Part shown: piece after piece, positions 53,533 through 64,000 of the stretch | Numbering within the stretch: position 1 is the stretch's first letter | Layout of the letters: each line of letters begins with the position of its first letter | DNA from: Raillietiella orientalis | Lineage: Eukaryota | NCBI GenBank assembly: GCA_036172245.1 | Contig: JAYWIR010000024.1 | Span: 1,054,001 to 1,118,000, forward strand | DNA: 64,000 nucleotides | Direction: 5' to 3' | Made by a program: the position numbers and the translations under genes | The notes under the pieces: generated by a model | What the model saw: only the letters and a program-made list of their open reading frames with translations | Databases searched by the model: none | Told to the model about the DNA's origin: nothing

Positions 53533-55949
53533 GTTTGCAGATTTATTTCGTGTATGTGTATGCGTATATTCTTTAAACATTGTACACTACTGTATATGTT
53601 AATTACATAGATGCTTTGAGCGGACCTTAAGCTCCAGTATTTGTACATTTGGTGCACGTATCGCGATGAATGCACGAATTTTGCTGGTGGCAAGCTGAGG
53701 CTAAGAATCAGATGAGAGCTTGCGAACAAGCTGTCCTTGTTAGGAAGATAACTCGCATTTCATTCCATCCGTGAGATCGATCACTCTCAAATCATCAAGA
53801 TTATTTTCGTGCTGCTGCGTTTTGAAACCTGATCCTTCCAGGTGCTCCTGAAGATGCTCGCTGCCATAATCGCAATGCAATCTCGAAAAAAAGTTCGTTT
53901 TTTCCCCCACCTCCCCCCTCGAAGGAGGGTCTTTTTCCTCGTTCTGAAGCTGCCTTCACCTGCTTGGTGGCAGCTCCTGCAACCACCACCTTTCGTGTGA
54001 GCCATGCGTTCGCAGAGAAGGTCTGTCGACGAAAGCCAGCAACCACTTGTTAAGAAATCTGTTCGTTTCGAAGGGCTTCAAATTTTGCCGTTGCAAAGTT
54101 GCAAGCGCGAGTTAGCGTGGTTGCTTGGGAAGAGGAAAAGAAAGAAAGAAAGAAAAATGCAAATGCAGCCATGGCAACCTGCAGCGCAGTCACAACGAAT
54201 GCAGACGTGCGCACACACTTCCTCTCCGGGAAGACGGACTTCGAGATCCCATCCAAAACAAAGTCCACAGTGTAGCAGCAAACCATCTATCGTTCCCTCT
54301 TCCCAGGTGTTTGCAGACGTAATCGTGGGACGTTATGGATGGAAAACTTCCCATTTTACTTCATGGCAGCCTCAAGAAAAATGGGATAAATAGAGACAGA
54401 GCGAAGTGTTTTCATTAGCGAGTCCTCGAGAAAACTTTTGCTCCGTGAAATTCGAAGCTGACTCTTCATGGGCTTAAATATTCTAAGGAGTTTCTCCATC
54501 GCCTATGTGCACAGCAATGGGTCCACTCGTGATCTGGAACAAAGTGTGCATGCATGCGGATACGTATGCACACATATATATATACATACATATATACACG
54601 TACACATATGGATTTGCAAATGAATACTTACTTTTTTTTTTTTTTGGCTGACAGTTTTCCAACTTTGCTGATTTCGACATGGAATTCGTGAATTAGACTC
54701 TCTTCCTGAACCAAAAAAAGGTTAGTAATAGTCCTGGACGAAGCTTCCAGAATAAAACTGAAGCATCCGCGTTCCACCTGCTAGTGGAATGGAACGCGAG
54801 TTCTCATTTGATCGGTGACATCAGAACTCTTGGAAGATTTCATGGAGAACCCCGTGAAGCGAAATCGGTGCCGGAAGAAAGCGCAGAGGATGTCGCCCTT
54901 CTCTTGGACGTAAGCCAAGGCAGAGTCATCTAGAGGCTCGTCTGGAAGCCTCGATCAGGGATGCAGTTTCTAAAAGTCTTTCGATAGCAGATGATAACAA
55001 GAGACAAGCAGGGATTCAGATGAAAATATGAAGCCATTTATGAAGGTTACGAACTGGGGTCTCCAGTCAAGGAGGTATTATACAAAACAAATGGAACCTG
55101 GGCGTTGCCGGGTGGAAAAAAACCATCTCGTCCCGCATGGTTCTCAGTTTTAGAGTGTGTGCTGTGGCTGAAAATGAATTGCTAGATGATGCCAATGATG
55201 AGAATTGCGTACTCTGCGATTGAAAAGAAATCGGAAAGAAAGAAAAGGGAATCCCTGAAAAGGGAAAGGAAACCTCTGGCGCTGTTTGTTCCGAACAGCG
55301 TCCTCCACACTAATAGTCCCAGAAGAAGAGATCACTTCTTGATGGCATCAATCCGCCTGAAGATACGGCGAGGGATGCAGTACACTCCAGCGATTCCGAT
55401 CTTCGTACGCATCGGGATTCAACCTCGACTCTGTTGTTTCCTTCCTTGGCACAATCGCTGGGGAGCATCCTCTCTTTTGCAACAAATTTGCTGAGAGCGA
55501 ATCGACACAAAGATATCCATCTTGTTTGCCCTTGCGTTCCCTGCCAGCTCTGTAGGGAGACGAAGCCTTACCTCCCATAGTCGGGTGACTGGAAGATAAT
55601 TAATTCTCTCCAGTTTCCATCACTTCTTTCAATTTTTTATCTAGCATGATTTACAGTTCAAAAAGCATGCTCTTTTCTCCAGCACGCCTGAATTCTGGAT
55701 GGCGCGCGATGTACTATTAATGACTGTAATGCTTGCATGGCTCCATTTGACGGATTACGTAAAGTGAAACTTCCTTGCTAACACATTGATGTATATGTTG
55801 GGATGCGAACTCTCAAATGATGTCGCCATAAATGCACCGTCGTCTTCCCTCTCCCCCCCTTCTTTTTTAGCATCCTTCATCTTAGATGCTTTTAGAACCT
55901 TTTCGTTGCTATGGGCCACAGGACAACACATTTCACAACTTTCCATCAA

Positions 55950-56537
55950 CATGGAAAAGCGCTTTGCCTCTCCGACTGTAACTTTAACGATAATTCAAGC
56001 TTTCACGCGGCGTCTTCATCTTTTCGGAACTCTTCTGGAAGATTTCCTGTGCGAAGTGGTAGCAAGCGGTTTTCATGGTCCAGCGGCCTGCCATGCAAGA
56101 TTTGGACCCGTTACACGCCGGAAATTTACAACCACCAACGCGTTACTGCAATGCCATGCTGGGTATCGAATCTTCCCTTTGACGATGCAGCATCGGATGA
56201 GTCCTCAAGTTACAGAACATTTGGAGGAGATTTCCCTTGGCCATCGTGTCCTTCTGGGCCGAAGTTTACCCGTGCAAGTCGGAAACGAACGAAAGGACGG
56301 CCACCGCGAACGTAAATTCAACCATCTATAAAAAATTGGCACCCGTGTACACACACGTCTATTGTCAATGTTTCGCCTATACAGAAATAGATATACGTAG
56401 TTCATGTGCGCGCTCTCGTGATGTTTTTTTTTTTTCATTGGGGATTTTTCCTCGCCGCGTCTCCGACGAAGAGAGGGGTGCGCTGTCTGCCGTGGATGGA
56501 CGTGGCGTTTGGAAAGGTACCAACGCAATCGTAGGTG
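55950..56537 (+). repeat. Second copy of the mariner-relic-containing repeat (inverted relative to 6576-7092)
   Basis: Near-identical to the reverse complement of 6576-7092. NDNSSFHAA / HLFGTL / GKRF / GGDF remnants. Confidence 0.9.
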
Positions 56538-56739
56538 CGTGCACTGCACGGAAAGTTCGGAGTCTGCACTCTCTGAAGGATAATTTCATCTCCGAAGCTT
56601 CGTTCTTCGATCGTTTCCGCCATCCGCCTGCATCGGGCTCAACCCTCGGTGATGAAACCACTCTCAACCTAGGAGACCGGGCGCCCTCGGTTCTCTCAGT
56701 GGGCAACCGTTTCGTCTCGATCGTCCGTGGGTTGCTCCC

Positions 56740-57450
56740 ACCGCTGTGGGGAGCATTTTCTGAGCTGATTTCAAGGATCACACGCTAAAAGCCATTGAAG
56801 TCGCTTCGTCAGACAATCGCCTACCGATTGATTATGGCTGCCTGCCAAATTTTAATCTTAGCAGCAAAGTGATGATGTCGGAAATCGTCATCAGCATCTC
56901 CTTGTGAGAGTACGGACAGGAGGGATGGTTTTCAAGACTGGAGAGGAATCTGGAGCCTGAGATCTGGGGGACAGACCCCAGAAATTCCGAGTACGAAAGA
57001 ACCAGCTATTTAGCAAAATAGAATTCTCGGTGAGGAAGAAGCGTTCCATCGGAACTGCTTTCAGAAGCACTTTAAATCTGGAAGAGCGTTTGGCCACGAG
57101 AGAGAACAGGATGGATGTGATCCAGGTGGACAGAGCTGTAGCGTTCCTCCTTTCGGATGAACGGAAAAGTTCAATCTTTGAAATGGAGGGGGGTTGCTAG
57201 TGCGCTCGGCAGCTAGGAGATGCCGAGCATCCGGTTCGAAAGACAGTGATTTACTAACTGCTGTCTGATTGCAGTAAAGGGTTGAAGGATTTAGGCTTCT
57301 TCTTATTATTATTATTCGTTTGCCAAAAAAGGAACCTCTCCTAAGTCTGCTTCTGAATCTCAAGCAGTCAAGAACTCACCTCTCCCCGTTCTAGTTGACT
57401 AAAGAGCAGAAATTTCGAGAGGTGGTAGCTGACAAGCGAGAGATCAGGAA
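56740..57450 (-). mobile_element. Possible decayed LINE RT core
   Basis: Minus strand DADDD at ~56885-56900 (cf. YADD), followed by AAIINR...ISSE (cf. Q.AL..L..W...FS.EK). Confidence 0.35.
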
Positions 57451-57849
57451 AGTAATGGTCCAAGAGAAAAGAAAATATGCCTCTTTGTCACTTCTGATGG
57501 AAGTGACAGAGTGCTATGGTTCATACCAAAGAGTTTCAACTCTTAGAGTTCCAAAATCTTGAAGAGACACTCTCATTTTCCTGTTTCCTTTCAAGGAAAA
57601 GATAGGAATGGAAATGAAGCCCGGGAATGGTAATTAGAAGAAGATGACCTACCAGAGCCTCGCATGCATGCGAGAAGTGAGAAGATTGGCACGGAAACAA
57701 ACCTTGGCACTGATGACTAGGTTATTCCTGTGGCAGGCAAAAAGGAAGAGAAAAACAACGAAGATAAGATCTTGAGCAGCTTTGAGATAGGATATGGCAC
57801 GAAGCCCCTGCAAGTGACCTGCCCCCGACCTTTGGATCTGACTATGGGA

Positions 57850-59800
57850 ATTCGTATGCAGCAAAGAGGGAAGTACGACAATGTGGAAAGTGGTCATCAA
57901 GGATAATGTGAAAATCCATTTCGCCAGTCTTTGGTGCGAGCAGAAGCCCATCATTCCCATATTTCCTTCTGCACACCGTCCGCTCCTCGAGAAAGCACGA
58001 GGTGCGTTCCGTTTCTCCTCGGAGGAACGGAACACACCTTTCGCATCCTGCTGCGTCTCACTCAGTGGGTACGCGGAGACCCACCTTCAGTCCCAAGTCG
58101 GCCCACCTGAAGAAATCATAGCCACTCGAAGAAGGGACTTTCCAGAGCTTCTGTCGTTTCCTCGACCTCCTCAGATTCTTCGTTGCTGGCGAAGGCTGGT
58201 GCATGACGGATGTTAAAATGCATTCCGTGGTGAGGTTGCGGCCTTGTCGAATGATATTCATCGAGACCCGAATCCAAAGAGCTACTTTGCCCTCCGAGAG
58301 CTGGAAATCCCTGGACCAGAATCCTCGCACCGGAATTTTTCGCCGCTGTGTCGCCGAGTGTCTGCTTGATACAATGTTGGATTTCGGCGGTGCTAAAAAC
58401 ACTGAGATGTCGTCTGCATGTGTCCGTGTTTCGTCGTTCGAAAGGCTTCTTAGCTGATGCGTGCAATGGATCTCTCGGGCATGCCGCATGGTGGACGGCA
58501 ACACCATCAACTTAATAACGATGCCGGTTCGCGTACGGTCCGGGGATTTTTAGCGCTCGGAGGGCAACGTAACTCTTTGGATTCCAGGATCCTGATGACC
58601 ACACAAAGGTTGCATGGCCTTGTCCCAAAAGTGAAAGGAAAAGTTCGCTGTTCCAATGCTTTCCTTCCCTTTCTTCTGCAAGCCTTCTTGGAACTCTGCC
58701 GTTGTGCTTTCGAGCAAGTAGCATGGGTCGAGTGCTCTCAGTCGGTTCGATTTTCTCCGGAAGAGGTCAGGTCGCAACGCCGAGCGTCCATCGGTTGCTG
58801 TCCAGAATCTTCCATCGCCCGTGGTTCGCTTTCCTGATGGAGTCGTGCCTTCTGGCACAGAATTGAGGTGCCGCAAATTGTCAGATATCCTTCAAGTTCC
58901 CCATCAGCGCTTCACGTCAGCTCCATTCGAGGGCAACTTTAGCATTCTTTTTCCTTATTCTACTTCCGCAAGAGGGACCAGAGGACATTTTTCAATAGGG
59001 CTACCAGTAGGGTTTCAAATGGAGTTCCAAATAGGTATCTTCGGAGAGCAATCCGTTCCCTACCTGTCCGTATGGTTGAGCTTTCCGAATGAATTGCATC
59101 TGGTTGCAACCAAGCACCTTCCCGGAAATTCCTATCCTGGATTCGGAAGCTGCTCTGACGTTTGCGTGTTGGACTCTCACGCAAGACCAAAGTCCTCTAA
59201 ACATCCGGATCCTATGAAGGAGGTTAGTCGGTCCAGGTGCTCGAGTACTTTGTGGGCTCCAACTGTGGACCGAGAGGCACCAAAGCTCAGTCTTTTTCTT
59301 TTTGAGAGTTTTTCCGAGAGCTGAAGTTCTTCCGTGCCAGAACCAGTTTGCCTGAAATCATGCTATAAAAATTCTTTCCCGTTAGCTACCCGGGACAGTT
59401 TAGAACGACGGGCGCACGGCTGAGGATTCCGTACCCCTATGAACAAGGATGGCGAGCCCTTGTGCAGAAATATTTCTGGAAAAGAGGCCTTGGGATATAT
59501 CGGCAAGGTTTTGAAGTCTAGAAGGTGTCTTTGGTCAAGAAAGATTTCAGGACGAGCTCCCGTCTTTGAGATGAACGCATGCGGTCCTCCGTTGATCAGC
59601 GATTTTCTGTATGGGTGCAGAACGATACAGCCATCTCGCTGCATCTCTCAAGCGTTTTTCCGCTGCACACCTCGGTAGGTTCTCTCGACGAACATCCAGG
59701 GTTGTTGAACGTTTGAATACAAAGCCGTTAGCTGAAGATAACTCTGGTCCTTGAATTCCGACTGTTGTTCGAAAGCTTTTCTTATTCGGTCGCATCTTTT
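57850..59800 (-). mobile_element. Decayed LINE (RT C-terminus plus RNase H), interrupted by a MITE-like element
   Basis: Ordered remnants DGCIV (cf. LDYGCIVY), TGDG (cf. TDGS), TAEF (cf. TAEL), HFW..GH, then the insertion, then DKAA. Confidence 0.4.
58271..58583. mobile_element. MITE-like element, 313 bp, with 47-bp terminal inverted repeats
   Basis: 58271-58317 matches the reverse complement of 58537-58583 at 41/47. No clear TSD. Confidence 0.7.
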
Positions 59801-61624
59801 CACCCCACAGACCGTGTCAGATCAGTCAGTCACAATTTCTGCTTCTCACCTGCATTTGCTTCTTTGCTTTTCTTTGCCGTGAAGGCTTCTTTAAATCGTT
59901 CTAAAGTTAAACGCCGTGGACAGGAACAGAAACAAGAAATGGTGAGAGAAAAGCACCACCCGCAACGGTGCCGGCGGATGCCCGATACAGCGAGATTAGG
60001 TTGTGTATCTTCTCACTATTCCACAGTGAGTTCAGGTTTTTGGAAAGATCGCGAGATCCGAATCACACAACCACGGATGAAACGCGGGCAAGTAACCGCA
60101 GAAATTCGATGCATCTCTTTGCAGCAATCTACATAGGGTCTTGGATTCTACGGTGTGATGCCTTGCTTACGAATCCTCTTTTTTCTCTCATTCATACCGA
60201 GTAGGTGCTGAACAGACTAATCGTATTCGATCACATGATTCAAGGGGTGAAGAATTAAAATGTGAAGGGGCACCAGAAGTGTGCACAAAGGGGACAATCT
60301 TCGGCATGCATAGCGTCCAAGCTCTCCAGAGAAGTGTTACCAGTGCGTGGTACGCCACTGTGCACAATAACATTGGATCATCCCTGGAATTATCATCCAA
60401 ATTACTTCAATATCAAGGTCCAAATGACAGCTTGATAGATCTTGGTATCAATTTTCTTTGGTAACTGTTCAGATACAAACAGATAACGCGGTATCAGCTG
60501 CAACCAAGTAACGCAGCAGCATCTTCTTACTGCCATCTGCTCTGTTGCATTCGTGAGAGTTTCCTATTATCGTTTTCCCTTGTGTTTCCCCTGGAGGGCT
60601 GGACGAACTGGCATACGACTTGGGCTTCCGCGCGTGCTTCATGCCTTCTGGTTGCTTGGAAGTCCAGTTTGCCGCACCATCGTGTCCATCGTGATTCAGA
60701 TCTTTGCACGAGTGCCGAAGCGTCTCCAAGAATTCAGATTTGCTGCTTGTAGATGAGGAAAACCAGTGTTCTTCCTGTCTCGCCCCACTTAAGCTGGTGA
60801 GCCCACGTTTCTCTTCAGTTCGTTTTCTACTAACCTCGTGTCGGGAGTTTCTTTGCATCCCTTCTGAAAATCACCACTTTCACAAGCACTGGTCCCTGTT
60901 CCCCCCCTCACTGCTGTCCGGGGCCACTCATACGAAAGCAGTGGTGTACAGATGGAAACAGCTGCACGCCACGTACGTTTTCCAATGTTTCCACCGCGAA
61001 TTCCTCCTACGATACCGTACGAAGGATGCTTTTTCGGTACGTTTGGCGCGTTTTCCAGAAGGAACATGTGGCTTCACTGTGGTCTCAGCTCCCTAGGTTT
61101 GAAACCTACGTTTCTTTCCAGGAACCACTTCACGGTCCGCGGACAAGCTCACGATTCAGCTTCTTTTTTTTCTCTCTCTCTCTCAAAAGATTCCGCTGCC
61201 ATTTGTTTCTTCCCTCGAATATCTGATCTGTTTCTGCTTATCTTCCAAGAGAAATTTGGTTGCTCTTCCTGTTTGTGACTGTTTGTTTCTCTCGGTTGTT
61301 TCTGAGGAGGATTGGGATGAACGTCAAGAGGAAAGGGGGTTTGGCAGGGATCAAAGGAAAGACTGGGTTCGCATCGGAGTACACAGCAAACGGAAAATTA
61401 CGAATCCCTGAGTTCCCGGGTTGCCAGTGACTACGCTAGGAAACGGGAAAACCGTGTGAATCTGCCAACTGAATTTTACGAGGAACCAATTTCAAGAGAG
61501 CTTGTTACTCATAGCATCTCGAATTCTTTTCCCTTAGGGAGACCAGACCTTTTCCCAACGTCTCTTTCTGAATCTTCTGCAAAGTTGTACCATTGCTGAA
61601 TTCAATGCTGAGTTGCCTTTTCAG

Positions 61625-61871
61625 GTAACTACGGACAGAGCGGAATGGAAGCATTCGTGTCTTTAGCTGAACACAACGGAATCTGCATTGCGAAGGAAGG
61701 ATCGATTGAAAACAACGCTGAAGAAGAGGCATTCCGTGACCTCATCGGCATCCTCCTTCAGGATACAAATGCGAGAGTTGTTGTTTGCTTTTGCGAGGGA
61801 ATGACAATTCGAGGACTGCTAAAGGCGACCCGAGACATGAACATTACAGGATACTTCTTATTCGTTGGAAG
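61625..61871 (+). CDS. mGluR1/5-like receptor, second coding exon (247 nt, Venus flytrap lobe 2)
   Basis: (G)NYGQSGMEAF..LA...GICIA...ARVVVCFCEGMTIRGLL.A......F.FVG(S) matches group I ARVV.CFCEGMTVRGLL. Donor AG|GTCTGG is inferred where homology stops, just before the expected SDGW. Confidence 0.95.
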
Positions 61872-62999
61872 GTCTGGCACCCCAATTATCGAAACTTGTG
61901 TTTTTAGGAAAGAATGTGCTAAGTTCACGCCACGAACAATTCTTTTAATCTTCTCTTGTGAGAGAGTAAAAAGATGCTGGAACGTTCATCGCGAGCCGGC
62001 GATAGGTGGTGTGGTTCGTTGCCTAGGCCACGCGCCGAGAGTTCTTTCTAAATCAGGAGTCCGTTTTTACAAATTAGATTAGATTCATGTAGGTTGCATT
62101 CTTTCGATTATTTTTTCATGTCTAAATAAATGCAAGTTTGAAAACAAAACAAAAAAACAAAAACAAATCCCTCTCTTCAGATGCCAGAGAGGATTCTTGG
62201 AGAGAGAGAGAGAGAGGGACTCTTGATTTTAGCCGATTGCCCTCGCAATTATCTGGGCTGAAAATGGAGCCACTCTCTCTAATTGAAAAGTCAGTGTCTT
62301 GTCCAGGTCAAGTTTTTCGAGACTTTCCAACTTCAGAGTAGTTCTCAAGGACGCTCGCTTACTTCGGAAGTTGCAGCCACACATAGCCTTGAGAAACGAT
62401 CTCTTGTTGAGTGCCTAGATCCCCTGCAGATCTGAACCCACATGGGCTTGACAGTTCTTTTAGAATTCCGGCATTTCCTCATTTTCCATCCGATATCTCC
62501 CTAGTGCTTGCTGAGTGGATCTGCATACTCATCAAGCATCCCTAAGGAGATCATTAATATGAAAATCATCGATCAATAGTGCTGCATGAAGCTCGTGCTC
62601 GCATCTGTGTTTCGCATCACGAGTCGATCCTGATCAGATTTTCGTCACACACTGTTGGGATGCAAATTAAAAAAAAAAAAAATGCCAATGACAAGTTCAT
62701 TGATACTGATGGAAGGAGAATCGTTGGGAAAATTTCTTCTTCCGGTTCATTGCATGCAAGGCTCTTATGAGACCTGAAGGAGCGATGTCAACTCTGTCTC
62801 CAAAGCGGCATCATAAAGCGGTTCGAGGTGATGTGGTCCCGTAAAATTCCCAGCCAAGACGTGAATTCAGCACAGGATGTGGGAACGAAATTCGGAACAA
62901 GTGCAGGAAGAGTTCCGAAATCTCCCGAAAGAAGCAGCGTACACTTGAGCAATAGTGAACGGGACTCTGCCATCGTACAGTCCCCACATGATGCCACTA

Positions 63000-63950
63000 A
63001 AGGGTGCAGAAGTGCATTAGCAGTTTCTCGTTACGTTTACGAATAAAACAGAACCGTGCTGCCAAATCGAAATAAAAATGGGTCCTTCGTGCTTTAATGT
63101 ATTTCCCAAAAGGAGTAAAGATTACATAAACGTGCTGTTCAAGTCGACACCGAATCCCGTTGCCAAGTACATTGTACGCTTCAATCAAATAGCTACCGAA
63201 ATGAAAACCTGGACTTGTATCGAAACAGAGATCCCTCAGCAAAATATGGGGTCCATTGCAAACCTCCTCTCTCTTTAGGATTAATCGATCATGAAGTCTA
63301 CAGTCAAACATCTGTACCAACACGGAGTAGTGAGAGAACAGAGATTTGGTCGTGCTTTCCTGAAAGGAAATTGGATTTTAATTCTTGGGCGTTCTCGAAT
63401 GAATTTTAAAATTTTCAATTAAAATTAATTTTATGAATTCTAAAACCGATTTCGTTCTAAGCATCTAGTTCTGTAGGATGATTAAAGGCTGATCGAAAAT
63501 GTGCAGGTGGAGATGTGAAGGTACAGAGGAGCGAATGGCATAGCTGAACGCGCATCCACTCGCGTGGATGGATGGATGGATGCACGTGGAGGAAATTTAG
63601 CATTCCTAGGACGAGGACACAGCAAGCAAAGGAGTTGTTCCCGAAGCCTTTCCGGCTTCGCTTCATCTTGAACATTCGACCTCGAGACAGTCCCCGCGTT
63701 CTCAGCAAAAGGAAGCTTTGCAAGGAATAAACAGTCCTTAGCAGTTTTCCACGGGGATGGTTCCTCCGTCTCTGAAAGCATCAGCATAGTTCAGAGGAAA
63801 GGACTCGACCGCTTTGCGAGCGTTCTCACTTTGCAACCCAAAGAGTTGCCAAGTGAGGACTTGAAGTCGTGGAAACCTTTTCAGAGACTCTTTTGGATCC
63901 TAATTGCCTCCCCGATACGTTCAGTTTCTGGTGGGAAAAGACATGTCATG
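63000..63950 (+). mobile_element. Possible decayed LINE RT
   Basis: EIPQ..GSI (cf. GVPQGS), W...N.FK and FLG remnants in the expected order. Confidence 0.3.
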
Positions 63951-64000
63951 GAAGATGACTTACGAATGGCACATTGGTGAAAGGGGGTGCATTGAGCGGC

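Larger units (their letters stand above)
36954..61624 (+). other. 24.7-kb phase-1 intron of the mGluR gene
   Basis: GT...ttttcAG boundaries. Joining gives STK-G-NYGQSGMEAF, colinear with the mGluR (H/S)TEGNYGESG motif, so no coding exon is missing between them. Confidence 0.93.

Noticed and set aside
55786..56331. Near-identical ORFs 55786-56331 and 6777-7286 as duplicated genes
   Set aside because: The identity comes from the dispersed repeat, the N-termini are unrelated, and no coherent protein family is recognisable.
58400..58430. THADDISVF as an RT YADD motif
   Set aside because: It lies inside the MITE-like element with no flanking RT motifs; probably coincidental.
61872..62082. C-terminal extension of ORF 61645-62082, and ATG 61645 as a start
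   Set aside because: Internal exon; homology ends at FVG and the remainder is intronic.
63565..63582. gatggatgg as the start of the next mGluR exon (DGW)
   Set aside because: It is a (GGAT)n microsatellite with no acceptor and no downstream mGluR homology; exon 3 lies outside the window.
1..64000. CRISPR arrays, operons, rRNA or prokaryotic defence systems
   Set aside because: The sequence is spliceosomal-intron-containing animal DNA; I saw no regularly spaced direct repeats or dense coding.

Overview
Eukaryotic, repeat-rich animal genomic DNA, probably from an invertebrate (arthropod-like); the taxon cannot be fixed from sequence alone. One real protein-coding gene is visible: the 5' part of a group I (mGluR1/5-like) metabotropic glutamate receptor on the + strand. 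Its first coding exon is 36066-36953 (ATG at 36284), followed by a 24.7-kb phase-1 intron and a second coding exon at 61625-61871; the gene continues beyond the window. The rest is intronic or upstream DNA filled with a ~0.4-0.8 kb tRNA-derived SINE family (at least 7 copies), decayed non-LTR retrotransposons, mariner relics, a MITE-like element and microsatellites. Almost all other ORFs in the track look spurious. The main leads are: a chain of overlapping stop/start uORFs running into the receptor ATG; a second exon starting with GT that could regenerate a splice donor (recursive-splicing candidate); no inter-subunit cysteine in the receptor loop that normally carries it; a decayed partial copy of exon 1 inside intron 1; and an inverted SINE pair with a locally homogenised core. 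No new multi-gene system can be supported. Repeat boundaries are approximate, and the decayed-element calls are by-eye motif matches.
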